Shown here in pieces: positions 20,004 to 30,747 of a stretch of DNA of 64,000 bases. Each line of letters begins with the position of its first letter. The stretch's first letter is position 1. The stretch comes from Nitrosopumilaceae archaeon. Lineage in GTDB: Archaea; Thermoproteota; Nitrososphaeria; Nitrososphaerales; Nitrosopumilaceae. The stretch covers positions 384,001 through 448,000 of the forward strand of contig CBDATR010000024.1 in assembly GCA_965200155.1 (NCBI GenBank), given 5' to 3'. The position numbers and the translations under genes are program-made. The notes beneath the pieces are model-generated. The model worked only from the letters and a program-made list of their open reading frames with translations. It was not told the origin of the DNA and searched no databases.

Positions 20004-20402
20004 TCACGGAAACACCACGCCTGACTCGTGTGTAAAACTCTCTTGAGAGTCAGATGCATGAATGGCGTTCTCGGAGAGTAGCAATGACAAGTCACCCCGT
20101 ATGGAACCGGGTGCTGCCTCGTATGACTTTGTGGAGCCGACCATGGTGCGAGTGGCCGGGATTGCATTATCTCCTTGCAGTATGCAAGCCACAACAGGAC
20201 CAGAAGTGATGAACTCTACTAATTCCCCAAAGAAGGGCTTGTCTTTATGTACTGAGTAAAAGCGGCTTGCCATTTTATCATCGAGTGTCATCATCTCCAG
20301 CCGTTCTATTACAAAACCCTTCTTCTCGAATCTTTGAATGATATTGCCGATGAATCCCCGTCTCACAGCATCAGGCTTGATGACTATAAGGGTGCGCTCC
20401 AC
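20004..20402 (-). CDS. ndk: Nucleoside diphosphate kinase
   Basis: ERTLIVIKPDAV, PGSIRGD, NAIHASDS. Confidence 0.96.
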   Translation of the reverse strand: MERTLIVIKPDAVRRGFIGNIIQRFEKKGFVIERLEMMTLDDKMASRFYSVHKDKPFFGELVEFITSGPVVACILQGDNAIPATRTMVGSTKSYEAAPGSIRGDLSLLLSENAIHASDSQESFTHESGVVFP

Positions 20403-20606
20403 CTAGCCCCGCCTCCTTATTCCACCTTTGACGTACTTGCGGGTCCATTTCAATTTGCGTGGATCCCGCTTTAGAACCAGTGCGTTCTTTTTGCATTTTG
20501 CCGAGCAGAACCACAGTATGTTGCCATCATTCTTGGCCAGCATGGTGCCAGTCCCCTTGGCTACGGGCTTGTTACAGAAACTACAAGATTTTACCAGCAG
20601 ACTCAT
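20403..20606 (-). CDS. rpl24e: 50S ribosomal protein L24e
   Basis: CSFC...GTG...FCSAKC...PRKLKWT. Confidence 0.95.
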   Translation of the reverse strand: MSLLVKSCSFCNKPVAKGTGTMLAKNDGNILWFCSAKCKKNALVLKRDPRKLKWTRKYVKGGIRRRG

Positions 20607-20618
20607 TATACATGTCAC

Positions 20619-20831
20619 CTATTTGATCTTCTTTGCCTCACGCTCGGTCTCCCGCAACATTAGTGTCTCCTGTACACGGACAGAGCCTTTTACATTCCTT
20701 GTAAGTATACGACCCTTATCCTTGCCTTCCAGGATTCGCACCCGTACCTGGATTACCTCACCGGCTATACCAGTACGGCCCACTATTTGTATGACTTCAG
20801 CTGGTATTACTTGCTCGGCCTCGGCGCTCAT
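20619..20831 (-). CDS. rps28e: 30S ribosomal protein S28e
   Basis: [14 protein letters not shown]...RNVKG...ETEREA. Confidence 0.96.
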   Translation of the reverse strand: MSAEAEQVIPAEVIQIVGRTGIAGEVIQVRVRILEGKDKGRILTRNVKGSVRVQETLMLRETEREAKKIK

Positions 20832-21208
20832 TTGGATGCGCCCCGGATCTTGGACATGGACTGCACTACTTGCTCCACGATATGCTGCGCGTCTCCGGCG
20901 TCCAGTATGGCCGTGGCGGCAGAGCGGGTATTCAGACCCAAGGACTTGCCCAGCTCCTGCTGGCTGGGAACAAATGCATATGGTAAACTCTGCTCATCAC
21001 ACAATATGGGGAGGTGTGCCACTACCTCTGGGGGATCCACATCCTCGGCGATAACGATTAGCTTACCGGTACCGCGCTCTATGGCCTTTGTGACCTCGTT
21101 GGTTCCCTTCCTTATCTTGCCGGTACTGGCGGCTACCCTTATTGCCTCGTATATGGGATTGACTAGGTCTTCGGGTGTTTCAAATTTCACGTAATATCCT
21201 TTGGCCAT
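20828..21208 (-). CDS. rpl7ae: 50S ribosomal protein L7Ae
   Basis: [32 protein letters not shown]. Confidence 0.96.
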   Translation of the reverse strand: MAKGYYVKFETPEDLVNPIYEAIRVAASTGKIRKGTNEVTKAIERGTGKLIVIAEDVDPPEVVAHLPILCDEQSLPYAFVPSQQELGKSLGLNTRSAATAILDAGDAQHIVEQVVQSMSKIRGASK

Positions 21209-21467
21209 ATTATGATTTGACTTGGAATTGGTCTTAAAAGTGTTGGGCGTTGTTATATGGTAACCGTTTAGGACCCTTGGACAACTGTTCAAAATACACA
21301 GCTAACATGTCTATTCCTGCTTTTTCTATCTTACATATACTCATGAATTTACCGTCTAGGTGATCTTTAACGCGACCTAAACGGTTACCATTTGGTTTTG
21401 CCATCATGAAGCACGGGAACACCATCACCCAACAAGACCATTATAACATGACACGAATCATTCCATA

Positions 21468-22814
21468 ATGGGACTGTTCGGAACTAATGGCGTCCGGGGC
21501 GTCTTTGGTAGTGAGTTCACCCTAGAGATGGCGCAAAGGCTCAGTATTGCCATAGCACGGCACTGGGGGAGAGGTCCCGTCCTTGTAGGGTATGATGGAA
21601 GACACGGGGGAAGCATAATCGCGGACACAGTCTGCGCCGCGCTAAACTATTCCGGGCTAAACTGCAACAATGCAGGACTGGTGCCCACCCCCTGTCTTGA
21701 GTATGGAGTCCGGGAATTGGGATATTCCGGCGGCATAATGATAACCGCATCTCACAACCCGCCACCATATAACGGCATGAAGGCAATAGCCTCAGACGGG
21801 GTGGAGATAGCACGGGAACATGAGAGAGTAATAGAGAGGCACTATTACAGTGATGTGACAAATGAGGCGCCCACCAGTCAGTGGGGAGCAACAGGTACCG
21901 AGACCCGCACGCTGGAGACATACATTAGTGGCATCATCTCAAAGGTGAATGCTAAAGCCATATCCGGAAATAACTATACTGTAGCCATAGACATGGGAAA
22001 TGGTGCCCAGGCCGCGGCGGCGCCCCTCCTGTGCCAAAGACTCAACTGCAACATGATACCCATACATCATACAATTGACGGGGACTTTCCGGGCCGGGGA
22101 CCGGAACCCACACCCCAGAACCTGCAAACGTTATCCGGTACTATAACAAAAGAGAAGGCGCATCTAGGCATTGCCTTTGACGGGGACGGGGACCGCAGCA
22201 TACTATGCGATGAAACCGGGAACATACTGACCGGTGACGCGTCCGCCCTAATGCTGGTAAGATATCTCTTGGAGAAGAATCCCCGCTCCAAGGTGGTGAC
22301 CTGCATAAATTCCGGCGACGCCATAGAGGACATGGTACACGATAGTCAGGTGATACGCACCAAGGTAGGCAGCGTCGAGGTATCCCGCATGATGGTAGAT
22401 ACGGGGGCGCTGGCAGGCTTTGAGGAGAATGGTGGTTTTATGTATGGGAACCATAACTGTGTGCGCGACGGGCTCATGACACTTGCCCTGACCCTGGATA
22501 TGATGGCCCATCACAACAGCACGATATCACAGGAGACAGGTACGCTACCCCCGTCTTACACCACAAAAACAAAGGTGCCATGTGATACTCATATGGCTAG
22601 CGCCATTATGGACAAGTTATACTCATCATACTCCCAGGGCCAGAGAGAGGACGGTGTAAAGATAATCCTAGGACAATCGCACTGGGTCATGATTAGACCC
22701 AGCGGAACTGAGCCCATACTCCGGATATATGCGCAGGCACCTACTGGAAAAATGCTGGAGAAGACTATTCAGGAGTATACGGACATGGTGGAAACATTAA
22801 CGCGTACAACTTAA
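21468..22814 (+). CDS. Phosphoglucosamine mutase / phosphomannomutase family
   Basis: LFGTNGVRG, ITASHNP, FDGDGDR, RPSGTEP. Confidence 0.9.
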   Translation: MGLFGTNGVRGVFGSEFTLEMAQRLSIAIARHWGRGPVLVGYDGRHGGSIIADTVCAALNYSGLNCNNAGLVPTPCLEYGVRELGYSGGIMITASHNPPPYNGMKAIASDGVEIAREHERVIERHYYSDVTNEAPTSQWGATGTETRTLETYISGIISKVNAKAISGNNYTVAIDMGNGAQAAAAPLLCQRLNCNMIPIHHTIDGDFPGRGPEPTPQNLQTLSGTITKEKAHLGIAFDGDGDRSILCDETGNILTGDASALMLVRYLLEKNPRSKVVTCINSGDAIEDMVHDSQVIRTKVGSVEVSRMMVDTGALAGFEENGGFMYGNHNCVRDGLMTLALTLDMMAHHNSTISQETGTLPPSYTTKTKVPCDTHMASAIMDKLYSSYSQGQREDGVKIILGQSHWVMIRPSGTEPILRIYAQAPTGKMLEKTIQEYTDMVETLTRTT

Positions 22815-22840
22815 ATTATGGACAGTACTACATTTCGCAA

Positions 22841-23128
22841 ATGTCGAATGAAGCGCGCGATACCATCTTTATCGGCAAAAAACCACTCATGGCATATGTG
22901 ACATCAACGCTAATCCAGCTCACAAATCTTCCGGCGGTAACAATCAAGGCCAGAGGCATGAGCATAGGCCGTGCCGTAGATGTGGCCCAGATAATATCTC
23001 GCAAGACCGAGAATGCTGGCTACTCCATTGGTGACATAAAGATAGGATCCGAGTCTCTTGAATCTAACGACGGCAAGGCACGACAGGTGTCAACCATCGA
23101 AATAGAAGTGAAGAAAAACGCAGACTAG
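22841..23128 (+). CDS. albA: DNA/RNA-binding protein Alba
   Basis: IFIGKKPLMAYV, IKARGMSIGRAVDVA. Confidence 0.93.
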   Translation: MSNEARDTIFIGKKPLMAYVTSTLIQLTNLPAVTIKARGMSIGRAVDVAQIISRKTENAGYSIGDIKIGSESLESNDGKARQVSTIEIEVKKNAD

Positions 23129-23167
23129 AACTGCGCAAGTGCATTTTTGTGATATTTTTATCGTATA

Positions 23168-24013
23168 CTAGGATCTTTTATACCGCTCTTCTAGCTCACG
23201 CATGTCATGTAACCCAACCAGCTGGTTGAACTGATCAAAACTCATGGAAGTGCCACTGGTGACACCATTCTGGCGCAGATGCCGTAGTGCCGACATGGAC
23301 GCGGCAGTGGCCGCGTATAATATTGACAAGGGATACAAGACTATTGAGAATCCCATATTATGCAATGATGATGCAGGCTGTATGGGGGTAGCACCGCCCT
23401 CTATCATGTTTGCCACCAAGGGGGCATCTATGGCCTTGCCTATGGTTTCCATCTCCTGGACTGACTGGGGCGCCTCTACAAATATGGCAGTGGCGCCTGT
23501 CCTCTTGTTTTCCAGTCCCCGCTGTATGGCCTCGTCCAGTCCCAGGGTTGCCCTAGCATCAGTCCTTGCCACAATCACAAAGTCCCTACTCTGGCGCGCA
23601 TCAAGTGCAGCACCCAGCTTCTCTGTATACTCTTCCTGTGATATAACCTCCTTGCCCTTCATGTGACCGCAACGTTTGGGCCATTTTTGGTCCTCCAAGA
23701 ATATGCCACTAGCTCCTACACTCTCCAGCTGCCTCACCAGGCGATGCACGTTTAGCGCCCCACCATAGCCGGTATCCGCGTCCACTATAACTGGAATATT
23801 CACCGCGGAGCATATGCGGCTGGCATTATCAATGGTCTCGGCGGCACCCACAAAGCCGTAGTCTGGCATGCCGAACAGTGTAGCCGATGTCCCGTAACCG
23901 GTCTGGAACATTGCATCAAAGCCTGCCATCTGCGCCATGCGTCCCCCCAGGGCATCATAAACACCGGGAACCACCAGTGGCTTTCTTGACGATATGTCTG
24001 CTGCAAGACTCAC
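23168..24013 (-). CDS. Isocitrate lyase/PEP mutase family (methylisocitrate lyase-like)
   Basis: DADTGYG, EDQKWPKRCGH, ARTDA. Confidence 0.88.
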   Translation of the reverse strand: MSLAADISSRKPLVVPGVYDALGGRMAQMAGFDAMFQTGYGTSATLFGMPDYGFVGAAETIDNASRICSAVNIPVIVDADTGYGGALNVHRLVRQLESVGASGIFLEDQKWPKRCGHMKGKEVISQEEYTEKLGAALDARQSRDFVIVARTDARATLGLDEAIQRGLENKRTGATAIFVEAPQSVQEMETIGKAIDAPLVANMIEGGATPIQPASSLHNMGFSIVLYPLSILYAATAASMSALRHLRQNGVTSGTSMSFDQFNQLVGLHDMRELEERYKRS

Positions 24014-24372
24014 GGTATGAGTTGTATTGATACTATTATCAATGTATCTTGGTGGAATGAGGTGGTGAGCTAGGTTGAATGATGCAAGAGCAAATACATC
24101 AAAACCGCCACTGGAACTCTGAAGGCATTAGTCGTGCCGCGTCATACATGTCATTATTGATTGCAGAGTCATCCGGCCATCATTGTTACAAGATAAACCA
24201 GTACACACCCACCCTGTATGTTACTGGTAAACGGAATAGTGATTATCAAGGCGCCATCCATAAAGCATGAAGATGAAATTTCCACTGGAACCGGTCTATG
24301 TGGACGGTGAGGGACATTTGACATACAACCAAAAAAGGGATGGGAAAATCGTATCATGTATGAAGAATTTTT

Positions 24373-24464
24373 GTATGAGTTCACCTGTGTCTAAATTTAC
24401 GCACAACTGATCGCGACAGTTAATGTGATTTGTGCACAAGATTCCGGAAGACGTGAACTCATAC
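24373..24464 (+). mobile_element. 92-bp MITE
   Basis: TSD GAATTTTT. Confidence 0.95.
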
Positions 24465-24565
24465 GAATTTTTACTGATAAGAAACCAAAACCGTTACAAA
24501 TTCCTTAATGACTATCAGAAGTGTAACGACTCATACAACACTAGCATGCAAATCCCCCAAAGTTA

Positions 24566-26035
24566 CTATTCCAGCGCCTTTGGTGCGATGGGCTTTTCCT
24601 GTTCCAGCTGCGGTGCCTGCTGCGGTTCGGCTAGCTTGGGGAGCTCCCGGACCGGGGCAGGGGGCGGCGGCGGGACCTTCTTGGACTGGTTCATGCCGTA
24701 GCGGTACATGTGGAAGAATGCCGCAAAGACTATCATGATCATGCCCACCAGGAATAGAGAGACATTCTGCATGCCAGTCAGCATGGCGTTATACGCTGCG
24801 ATATTCAGGAATACCTGGAATGCCAGCAGTGCCACAATGACCCAGTTTATCCACTTTTGGGACAAGTTGATGGTGGCAGCCTTGTTGGGACCCTTCTCCT
24901 TGATTAGCTTGGACTTGCGCTCGGCTTCCTTTGCCAGCTTTATCATCATGTACGTGAATCCAAAGCTTAGTGGCACCAGCAGTATCATTACCAGATACAG
25001 GAATACCGGATCAATTACCAGCCTGTCCACCAAGGCCAGACTCGTATCGGCCGGTATGTAAAAGCCCCAGTATGTGGTGACCATTATCTGGGCCAGCCCG
25101 GTTATCCCAAAGGCCGTGATAATGGGCCTGTCCTTCCAGGAGAACTTTTTGTACCTGTCCAGGAACGGGACCAGCAACAGGGATCCTATGAACAAGCCCG
25201 GCCACAACACCCCCGTGACAAACTTGTCATACTGCGTCCGCAGGAACGCGTAGAGACCTGTCAGATACCACTCCGGGACTGTAATACCCGGAGGAACAGT
25301 AGGCTGGAACTTGAAGCCCAAGTCAATGGGAAAGACACCACCCGTAAGCAGGATGGCGCCCACCACCGCAAAGACCATTGGAACATCAAAGACCAAGAAC
25401 CGTGGAAAGTGCACCGCCATGAGACCTAGCATCACTAATGGTAGCAGGAATACGTGCTGCGCGTAGAACCGCAGCACAAAGTCCGAGAACCCGTTTCCGA
25501 ACATGGCATCCCTCACGACCGGCCCTATAACGGGAATCGAATTAGTTAATGACGCGGCGATACTAATGGCCAGCTGCGCCCGCTCGCTGAATATTACGTC
25601 ATAGCCGGTAAATGCCTCCAGTATTGTAACGGTTCCCAGGATGACTCCGGTAACCCACAGTATCTCGTTGCGTATCTTGTAGCGGCCGCTAAAGTACTGA
25701 TAGTACATGTGCAGGACTGCTAGGAGTACCATGGCATTGGAACCGTGATAGTGTATGTTACGAATATGGAAACCAAAGGGAACCTCGTCATTTATGAACG
25801 CGACACTGTCCCAGGCCCTGTCCAGTATGGGCTGATAATAGAACATCAGTAACGCTCCGGATATACCCAGAACCACAAAGACAATGAAGGTAAGCATGCC
25901 CAGGAATCCAAAGGGGCTCACAAACCGGGCCGGGAAGGAGAATTTTATGGCAGTAAATATGGTACGATCCAGCCCGTCCCATATCCATGCAAAGAAGGCG
26001 ACGGCGCCCGTCCGCCTACTTAAGGAAACGGCCAT
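24566..26035 (-). CDS. petB: Cytochrome b of bc complex
   Basis: RNIHYHGSN..LHM, FTGY, PEWY; multiple TM helices. Confidence 0.93.
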   Translation of the reverse strand: MAVSLSRRTGAVAFFAWIWDGLDRTIFTAIKFSFPARFVSPFGFLGMLTFIVFVVLGISGALLMFYYQPILDRAWDSVAFINDEVPFGFHIRNIHYHGSNAMVLLAVLHMYYQYFSGRYKIRNEILWVTGVILGTVTILEAFTGYDVIFSERAQLAISIAASLTNSIPVIGPVVRDAMFGNGFSDFVLRFYAQHVFLLPLVMLGLMAVHFPRFLVFDVPMVFAVVGAILLTGGVFPIDLGFKFQPTVPPGITVPEWYLTGLYAFLRTQYDKFVTGVLWPGLFIGSLLLVPFLDRYKKFSWKDRPIITAFGITGLAQIMVTTYWGFYIPADTSLALVDRLVIDPVFLYLVMILLVPLSFGFTYMMIKLAKEAERKSKLIKEKGPNKAATINLSQKWINWVIVALLAFQVFLNIAAYNAMLTGMQNVSLFLVGMIMIVFAAFFHMYRYGMNQSKKVPPPPPAPVRELPKLAEPQQAPQLEQEKPIAPKALE

Positions 26036-26615
26036 ATCCTATCACACCATTCTCGTTAGTACCCCACACAGGGGGCAGGATCCACAAAAATCCCTCCGCA
26101 TCGGCCTCAAACTCCAGCTGCGGCAGTACGTCCGAGGGAGCCGCTTGCAGTGATGCCGGGCCAGCTACTGCCTGTCCTGTTTGGGCATCATAAATCGAAC
26201 CATGACAGGGACACTCACCCCTCTTTTTATCATCAGAGGGGTAATACTTCCACAAACACCACAAATGCAGGCACACCATGGAGTATCCCCGAAAGGCTGT
26301 CACATCCGGAGCGTTACCCCCCATCTCGTCCGGTAATCTTATGAACTGCCACTTGCGGAAGGCCTCCTCGTCCAGTACACGATCCCCGGTTTTGGGATAC
26401 GTTATGACCTCAGCATAATTTGTGGGAAACACATTGACGTTGGCTTGCGTACCGTCCGGCAGCTCAACGGGCACCTTCTCCAGCGAGGCGGAGCTGGGGT
26501 TGGGCATGAAGTTTCCCCAAGGCACAAAGGGCGCAAACGCCAGTCCCGTTCCCGCGGCCCCCATAAGCTTGAGAAAATCACGCCGAGAGAGCCCGTCGCT
26601 CTGCGCCTCTGTCAT
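26016..26615 (-). CDS. Rieske Fe-S protein with Tat signal
   Basis: SRRDFLK, CLHLWC, CPCHGS. Confidence 0.93.
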   Translation of the reverse strand: MTEAQSDGLSRRDFLKLMGAAGTGLAFAPFVPWGNFMPNPSSASLEKVPVELPDGTQANVNVFPTNYAEVITYPKTGDRVLDEEAFRKWQFIRLPDEMGGNAPDVTAFRGYSMVCLHLWCLWKYYPSDDKKRGECPCHGSIYDAQTGQAVAGPASLQAAPSDVLPQLEFEADAEGFLWILPPVWGTNENGVIGYGRFLK

Positions 26616-26754
26616 TTGTTATAAATAGTGTGATTATGTTATAAATCTTGGTAAGTTTGGAAAAAGCATCCATTAAGCATATACCCACCCTGTCAAAGTG
26701 ACAGGAGACCAAGACGTACATAAATTCGTGCACGAAAACCGTGATGAACAAATG

Positions 26755-26819
26755 CAGGATATCACGTCTTTCGGGAATCTCGTACCACGATCAGTCATGG
26801 AATTACAGGTGAACACATC
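26755..26819 (-). mobile_element. Degenerate MITE relic
   Basis: TCACGTCTTTCGGGAATCT..GATCAGT..ACAGGTGAACACAT resembles an internally deleted reverse copy. Confidence 0.55.
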
Positions 26820-27288
26820 AGAAAGGTGAGGCGGACGTAGAGCCACCCAGCGTCTGCACTATGGTATAGGAGAGAATCCACATGAACAGGTACAGGAAGA
26901 TAAAGCTGGGCAGCGCATGGGTCACTATCTTTTTACGATCCGAGGATGGCAACTGTATCCTCATGAACTTGGCCACAAATACCGTCCCGGCAAACAGTAC
27001 AATCATGAACATAATGGACGACCAGCGCCTTGTCTCGCCCTCAAATGGTTCAAACAAGAAGGTGGCCACTATACCCGCTATTACCGCAAGTCCTATGCGG
27101 AACCAGTATAATCGGTCCATCTTGCGGTTGCGATCCTCAATGTCCATGTTACTCCGGGGTCTCTCCTGGGGTACATCCGGCGGTGGCACGTTACTATCAT
27201 CAGGCGATGGCACAGGCTCTAGGGGTGGTGTAATATCATCCGGAGTCTCACGGATGGGGGGACTCTTTTTCTTCTTGTGTTTTGCCAA
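26818..27288 (-). CDS. Hypothetical membrane protein
   Basis: Lys/Pro-rich N-terminus followed by three hydrophobic helices. Confidence 0.7.
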   Translation of the reverse strand: MAKHKKKKSPPIRETPDDITPPLEPVPSPDDSNVPPPDVPQERPRSNMDIEDRNRKMDRLYWFRIGLAVIAGIVATFLFEPFEGETRRWSSIMFMIVLFAGTVFVAKFMRIQLPSSDRKKIVTHALPSFIFLYLFMWILSYTIVQTLGGSTSASPF

Positions 27289-27340
27289 GGCTACCCTACC
27301 ATGACATATGGATGGTTATATTTGCATCACTGTACAGTAC

Positions 27341-30300
27341 TCACTGGAAGCGTGTCCATACCTGGATGGGCTCATATACTGACTCGCCCCCGTGCAGCGT
27401 CGCATGCAGCATTATGGTATAGGTACCCGGCTCCTCTGTATTTACCAGAAGGGAGGTGGTAGTGTCATTCCAGGTCTTGATCGGAAAGAAGCCACCCTGT
27501 CCTATGGCTCCCACTCCCAGCCAGTTCGAGGATGGCCAGGCGGCAAACTCCCTAAAGACGCCGGGCTCCACATTACTCTGTATTAGGCTGCCTTCCGGAT
27601 CCGCCACAAAGACCGCCACACTTGTGTCATTCGACGACCAGGTGACATCTATCACTCCGGAGCTTACATCATCGGGCACATTAACATAGTATAATCGCCA
27701 GTCCCCGGACGAAAAGAGACCGCCCATGTCAAAGGAGCCCCGAACAGTATCTGATGAATACAGGGAATGAGAGCCGACACCATCATTGAGCATCTGGTAT
27801 TCACCGGCAGAGCCCGTAACCGCATAAGAGACGGGCAGATTAACCGTATGAGAATCAGACTGGAACGTCATGAACCCCTGATACACGCCACTGCCCATGC
27901 CATATGGTACCGAGAGACTGGCCCGCAATGTCACCTCTGATTGTGCGGGCACGATCACAGTATGGGTGTCCAGCCATATAGCATCCCACGTATCACGATC
28001 ATAGTAGCTGGCAGTAAGGGTATAGTCCAGGGCAGTAGAGTTGGTATCAGAGAGCCCGCTCCAGTACGACAGCTTGTACGGCACAGGATACACGCCTACA
28101 ACTGGCACCCCCGAAAATACATCTTGCGGATAGGATACCCGCATCTCCTGTACCGTACCCCAGTTGCCCGCCCTGTTCACCAGTTCAAGCTCCGAGGCAG
28201 AAATAGTTTCATCACCGTTATCATCATGCCAGTCATACAAGTATAATGAGGAAATGGTCAAGTCGTCGCCATATATCGCCGTCCCGTTTAGGAAATGATC
28301 AAACTCAAAGTTCAGGTTCAGTACTAATAGCGATGATTCCGGTATCATATCCGGCATGTAAGAGTCCGATATCGTGTTTGCCGTGCGCACCTCCGAGAGC
28401 GGTATGTAATTGGGCGCAAATACACTGGTGTCATTTATGATTGGGTCATTCTGGCGGGGCTGCGTCGTACCATTTACGTGATGGGATCGTACCAGCGACA
28501 TTTCATTGGGCTCCACCCGCACCGTAATGGGGGAGTCGCCGGGATTGTGTATGGTAAATGTGGCAGAGCTTCGACCTCCCGGTTCCAAGTGACCGGCAAA
28601 CCATGACGACATGGGATACGTCTTGTGCGGTATGTAGATATCGCCAATGCCCAGCTGAGTCCTGTTTAGTGCGTCCAGGGCAGGGCCTGTCACTTCCAGT
28701 ATATTCCGGTATGAGGCATCATTGGTGACCAAGAATATTTCTGCATCATCCTCAAAGTACTGGACGGCTGCCTCCGCGTTTACTATACCGGCACCCTGAA
28801 CCAGTGGGTCATTTCCCAGGTCTAATGCGGTAGACATTAGTATGTTCTTTACCAGGAATGGGTCATAGGATATATCATTCTTGTATGTCTGCTCCATTAT
28901 TAGGGCCGCGGCCCCGGCCACCAATGGACCGGACATGCTGGTACCGCCATATACTTCATGGGGATCCTGTTCCATCTCGATTGTAGAGCGGGTAACGGAA
29001 CTGGGAGCAAACCCAAAGGCGCCGGTCGCCATTATATCCGGAGAGACAGTCCCTATGGTTCCGGGACCCCGGGACGAAATATCTGCTACATGTCCGTAAT
29101 GACTGGAATAGTTCCCAAATCGCGGCTCGCCCTCAAATACCGGAGTGCCCACAAATATGTAATGTGAGGTAGCACCCACCATGACAGCCAGCGGGGACTC
29201 CGGGGAGTGAACTGTCCCGTATCCGTGGCCCGTATTACCCGCGCTTATCACAGTAAGCATTCCCGGATAATTATCATACAGGGAACCGGGAGTGGACATT
29301 ATACCTGCCAGTATGGAGAGGTAGTCATAACCGGGAGCGGCATCAAGTAACGGAAAGGAAGATACGCCCCAGCTATTTACGGATATATGGGCGCGGGGAC
29401 TGCCGGAATAAGTCCAGCCGGTACCATCATTGTCCATGCCCGCGGCCCACAACCATCCGTACTCGGTCCCGCCATACCACAGGGACTTTATGGGCAGTAT
29501 ATTCGCGTCCGGTGCCATTCCCGATAGGGCGTATAATTCCGTATTATTGTACACGTTATGCTGATACTGACCCTTGGATACAATGACGCCTGAAACGGCA
29601 GTACCGTGCCCGTAATAGTCCGTCATTAATCCCAAGTAGTTGCCATCAATATCAAGAGGCTCCAGCAGGGTAGCGTTTATGGATCCTGTGATGAAGCCTT
29701 CCGGCGTGACAGTGTCGCTTATAACACCGTATATATCCAAGACACGGGCCCCGGCCATTCCCGCCGAATAATCATTGAGACCATCCTCATCATGATCGTA
29801 CAATAACATCTCGTTGCCGCTACCCAGTATTATGGGGGTCTCGTCGGTAAAGTCAAAGTCATATTCGGGCAGCTGGTCTTCCGGAAGATCGAACCTTGTA
29901 AAGTCCGCCCATGACGTGGACATATCAGGGATGATAGTATCATAGACTCCCGGCGTGTGCGAGTCCGTAACCAGAATGGGCACTGCCTGTATGCCCGCGT
30001 CTGATCCCAGCACCAGTATCAATGCAACGCCCATATGGTACACGCCACTCCTGGACATGATATAGTCATCCTTGGAGTTGCCTATCTTCATGTCCGACTC
30101 TAGTAGTCCCTCCACTACGGGCTCAAGTCCCAAATCCGGGTACAGTGAATTATAGATTGGTATTACGGTGCCCTGACCCCCCCGTTCTATGTCCAGGAAT
30201 ACGCCATCACTATTCACGTATACGCCGGAGGTATATCCTTCCGGAACGGCCCCGTTCCGTATGATATCGTCGTGAATGTGCGCATAGAACGTGGAATTTG

Positions 30301-30721
30301 TGAGAACGATACCCTGACCGTCCGCATCCAGCATCAATGGCATGTTATTATCACCCCGTGCGACCGAACCTGACATGTCTGGATTGGAAAAGTCCACACC
30401 TGTATCCACGACGGCAATTACGATGCCCTTGCCGGTCACGTTGTACATGGTATTAGCGATTGTCGCGCCAGTCACGTTGCCCTGCCCCACGTCATTACTA
30501 TCATGGGTCAGTCTAATGTCCAGCGTTCCCTCCTGGGAGTCATGACCTATGCCTATCCCGCCGCCGTCCAGTATGTACCGGTATAAGCCGGACTCCTGGA
30601 ATGTATCCATCTGAACTATGTAGGGCATTCGTATGTCATGCTCTACTGTTATGTCATATTCCAGCGCATATGCGGCCGGTATTATAGCCAGCAGACCCGC
30701 CAACAACCAAGCGCCATTCAA
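27341..30721 (-). CDS. Secreted S8 subtilase
   Basis: Signal peptide; VIAVVDTGVD, HGTAVSG, SAGNTG, GGTSMSGPLVAG. Confidence 0.92.
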   Translation of the reverse strand: MNGAWLLAGLLAIIPAAYALEYDITVEHDIRMPYIVQMDTFQESGLYRYILDGGGIGIGHDSQEGTLDIRLTHDSNDVGQGNVTGATIANTMYNVTGKGIVIAVVDTGVDFSNPDMSGSVARGDNNMPLMLDADGQGIVLTNSTFYAHIHDDIIRNGAVPEGYTSGVYVNSDGVFLDIERGGQGTVIPIYNSLYPDLGLEPVVEGLLESDMKIGNSKDDYIMSRSGVYHMGVALILVLGSDAGIQAVPILVTDSHTPGVYDTIIPDMSTSWADFTRFDLPEDQLPEYDFDFTDETPIILGSGNEMLLYDHDEDGLNDYSAGMAGARVLDIYGVISDTVTPEGFITGSINATLLEPLDIDGNYLGLMTDYYGHGTAVSGVIVSKGQYQHNVYNNTELYALSGMAPDANILPIKSLWYGGTEYGWLWAAGMDNDGTGWTYSGSPRAHISVNSWGVSSFPLLDAAPGYDYLSILAGIMSTPGSLYDNYPGMLTVISAGNTGHGYGTVHSPESPLAVMVGATSHYIFVGTPVFEGEPRFGNYSSHYGHVADISSRGPGTIGTVSPDIMATGAFGFAPSSVTRSTIEMEQDPHEVYGGTSMSGPLVAGAAALIMEQTYKNDISYDPFLVKNILMSTALDLGNDPLVQGAGIVNAEAAVQYFEDDAEIFLVTNDASYRNILEVTGPALDALNRTQLGIGDIYIPHKTYPMSSWFAGHLEPGGRSSATFTIHNPGDSPITVRVEPNEMSLVRSHHVNGTTQPRQNDPIINDTSVFAPNYIPLSEVRTANTISDSYMPDMIPESSLLVLNLNFEFDHFLNGTAIYGDDLTISSLYLYDWHDDNGDETISASELELVNRAGNWGTVQEMRVSYPQDVFSGVPVVGVYPVPYKLSYWSGLSDTNSTALDYTLTASYYDRDTWDAIWLDTHTVIVPAQSEVTLRASLSVPYGMGSGVYQGFMTFQSDSHTVNLPVSYAVTGSAGEYQMLNDGVGSHSLYSSDTVRGSFDMGGLFSSGDWRLYYVNVPDDVSSGVIDVTWSSNDTSVAVFVADPEGSLIQSNVEPGVFREFAAWPSSNWLGVGAIGQGGFFPIKTWNDTTTSLLVNTEEPGTYTIMLHATLHGGESVYEPIQVWTRFQ

Positions 30722-30747
30722 TTTATACTACATTTGTTAACGGGTTT

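Noticed and set aside
20003-20194. N-terminal extensions of aIF5B (likewise priS, argH, rpl7ae, cobS and the ABC ATPase) in the ORF track
   Set aside because: They overlap neighbouring genes, a tRNA or an IS end, or precede the conserved N-terminus; downstream starts fit better.
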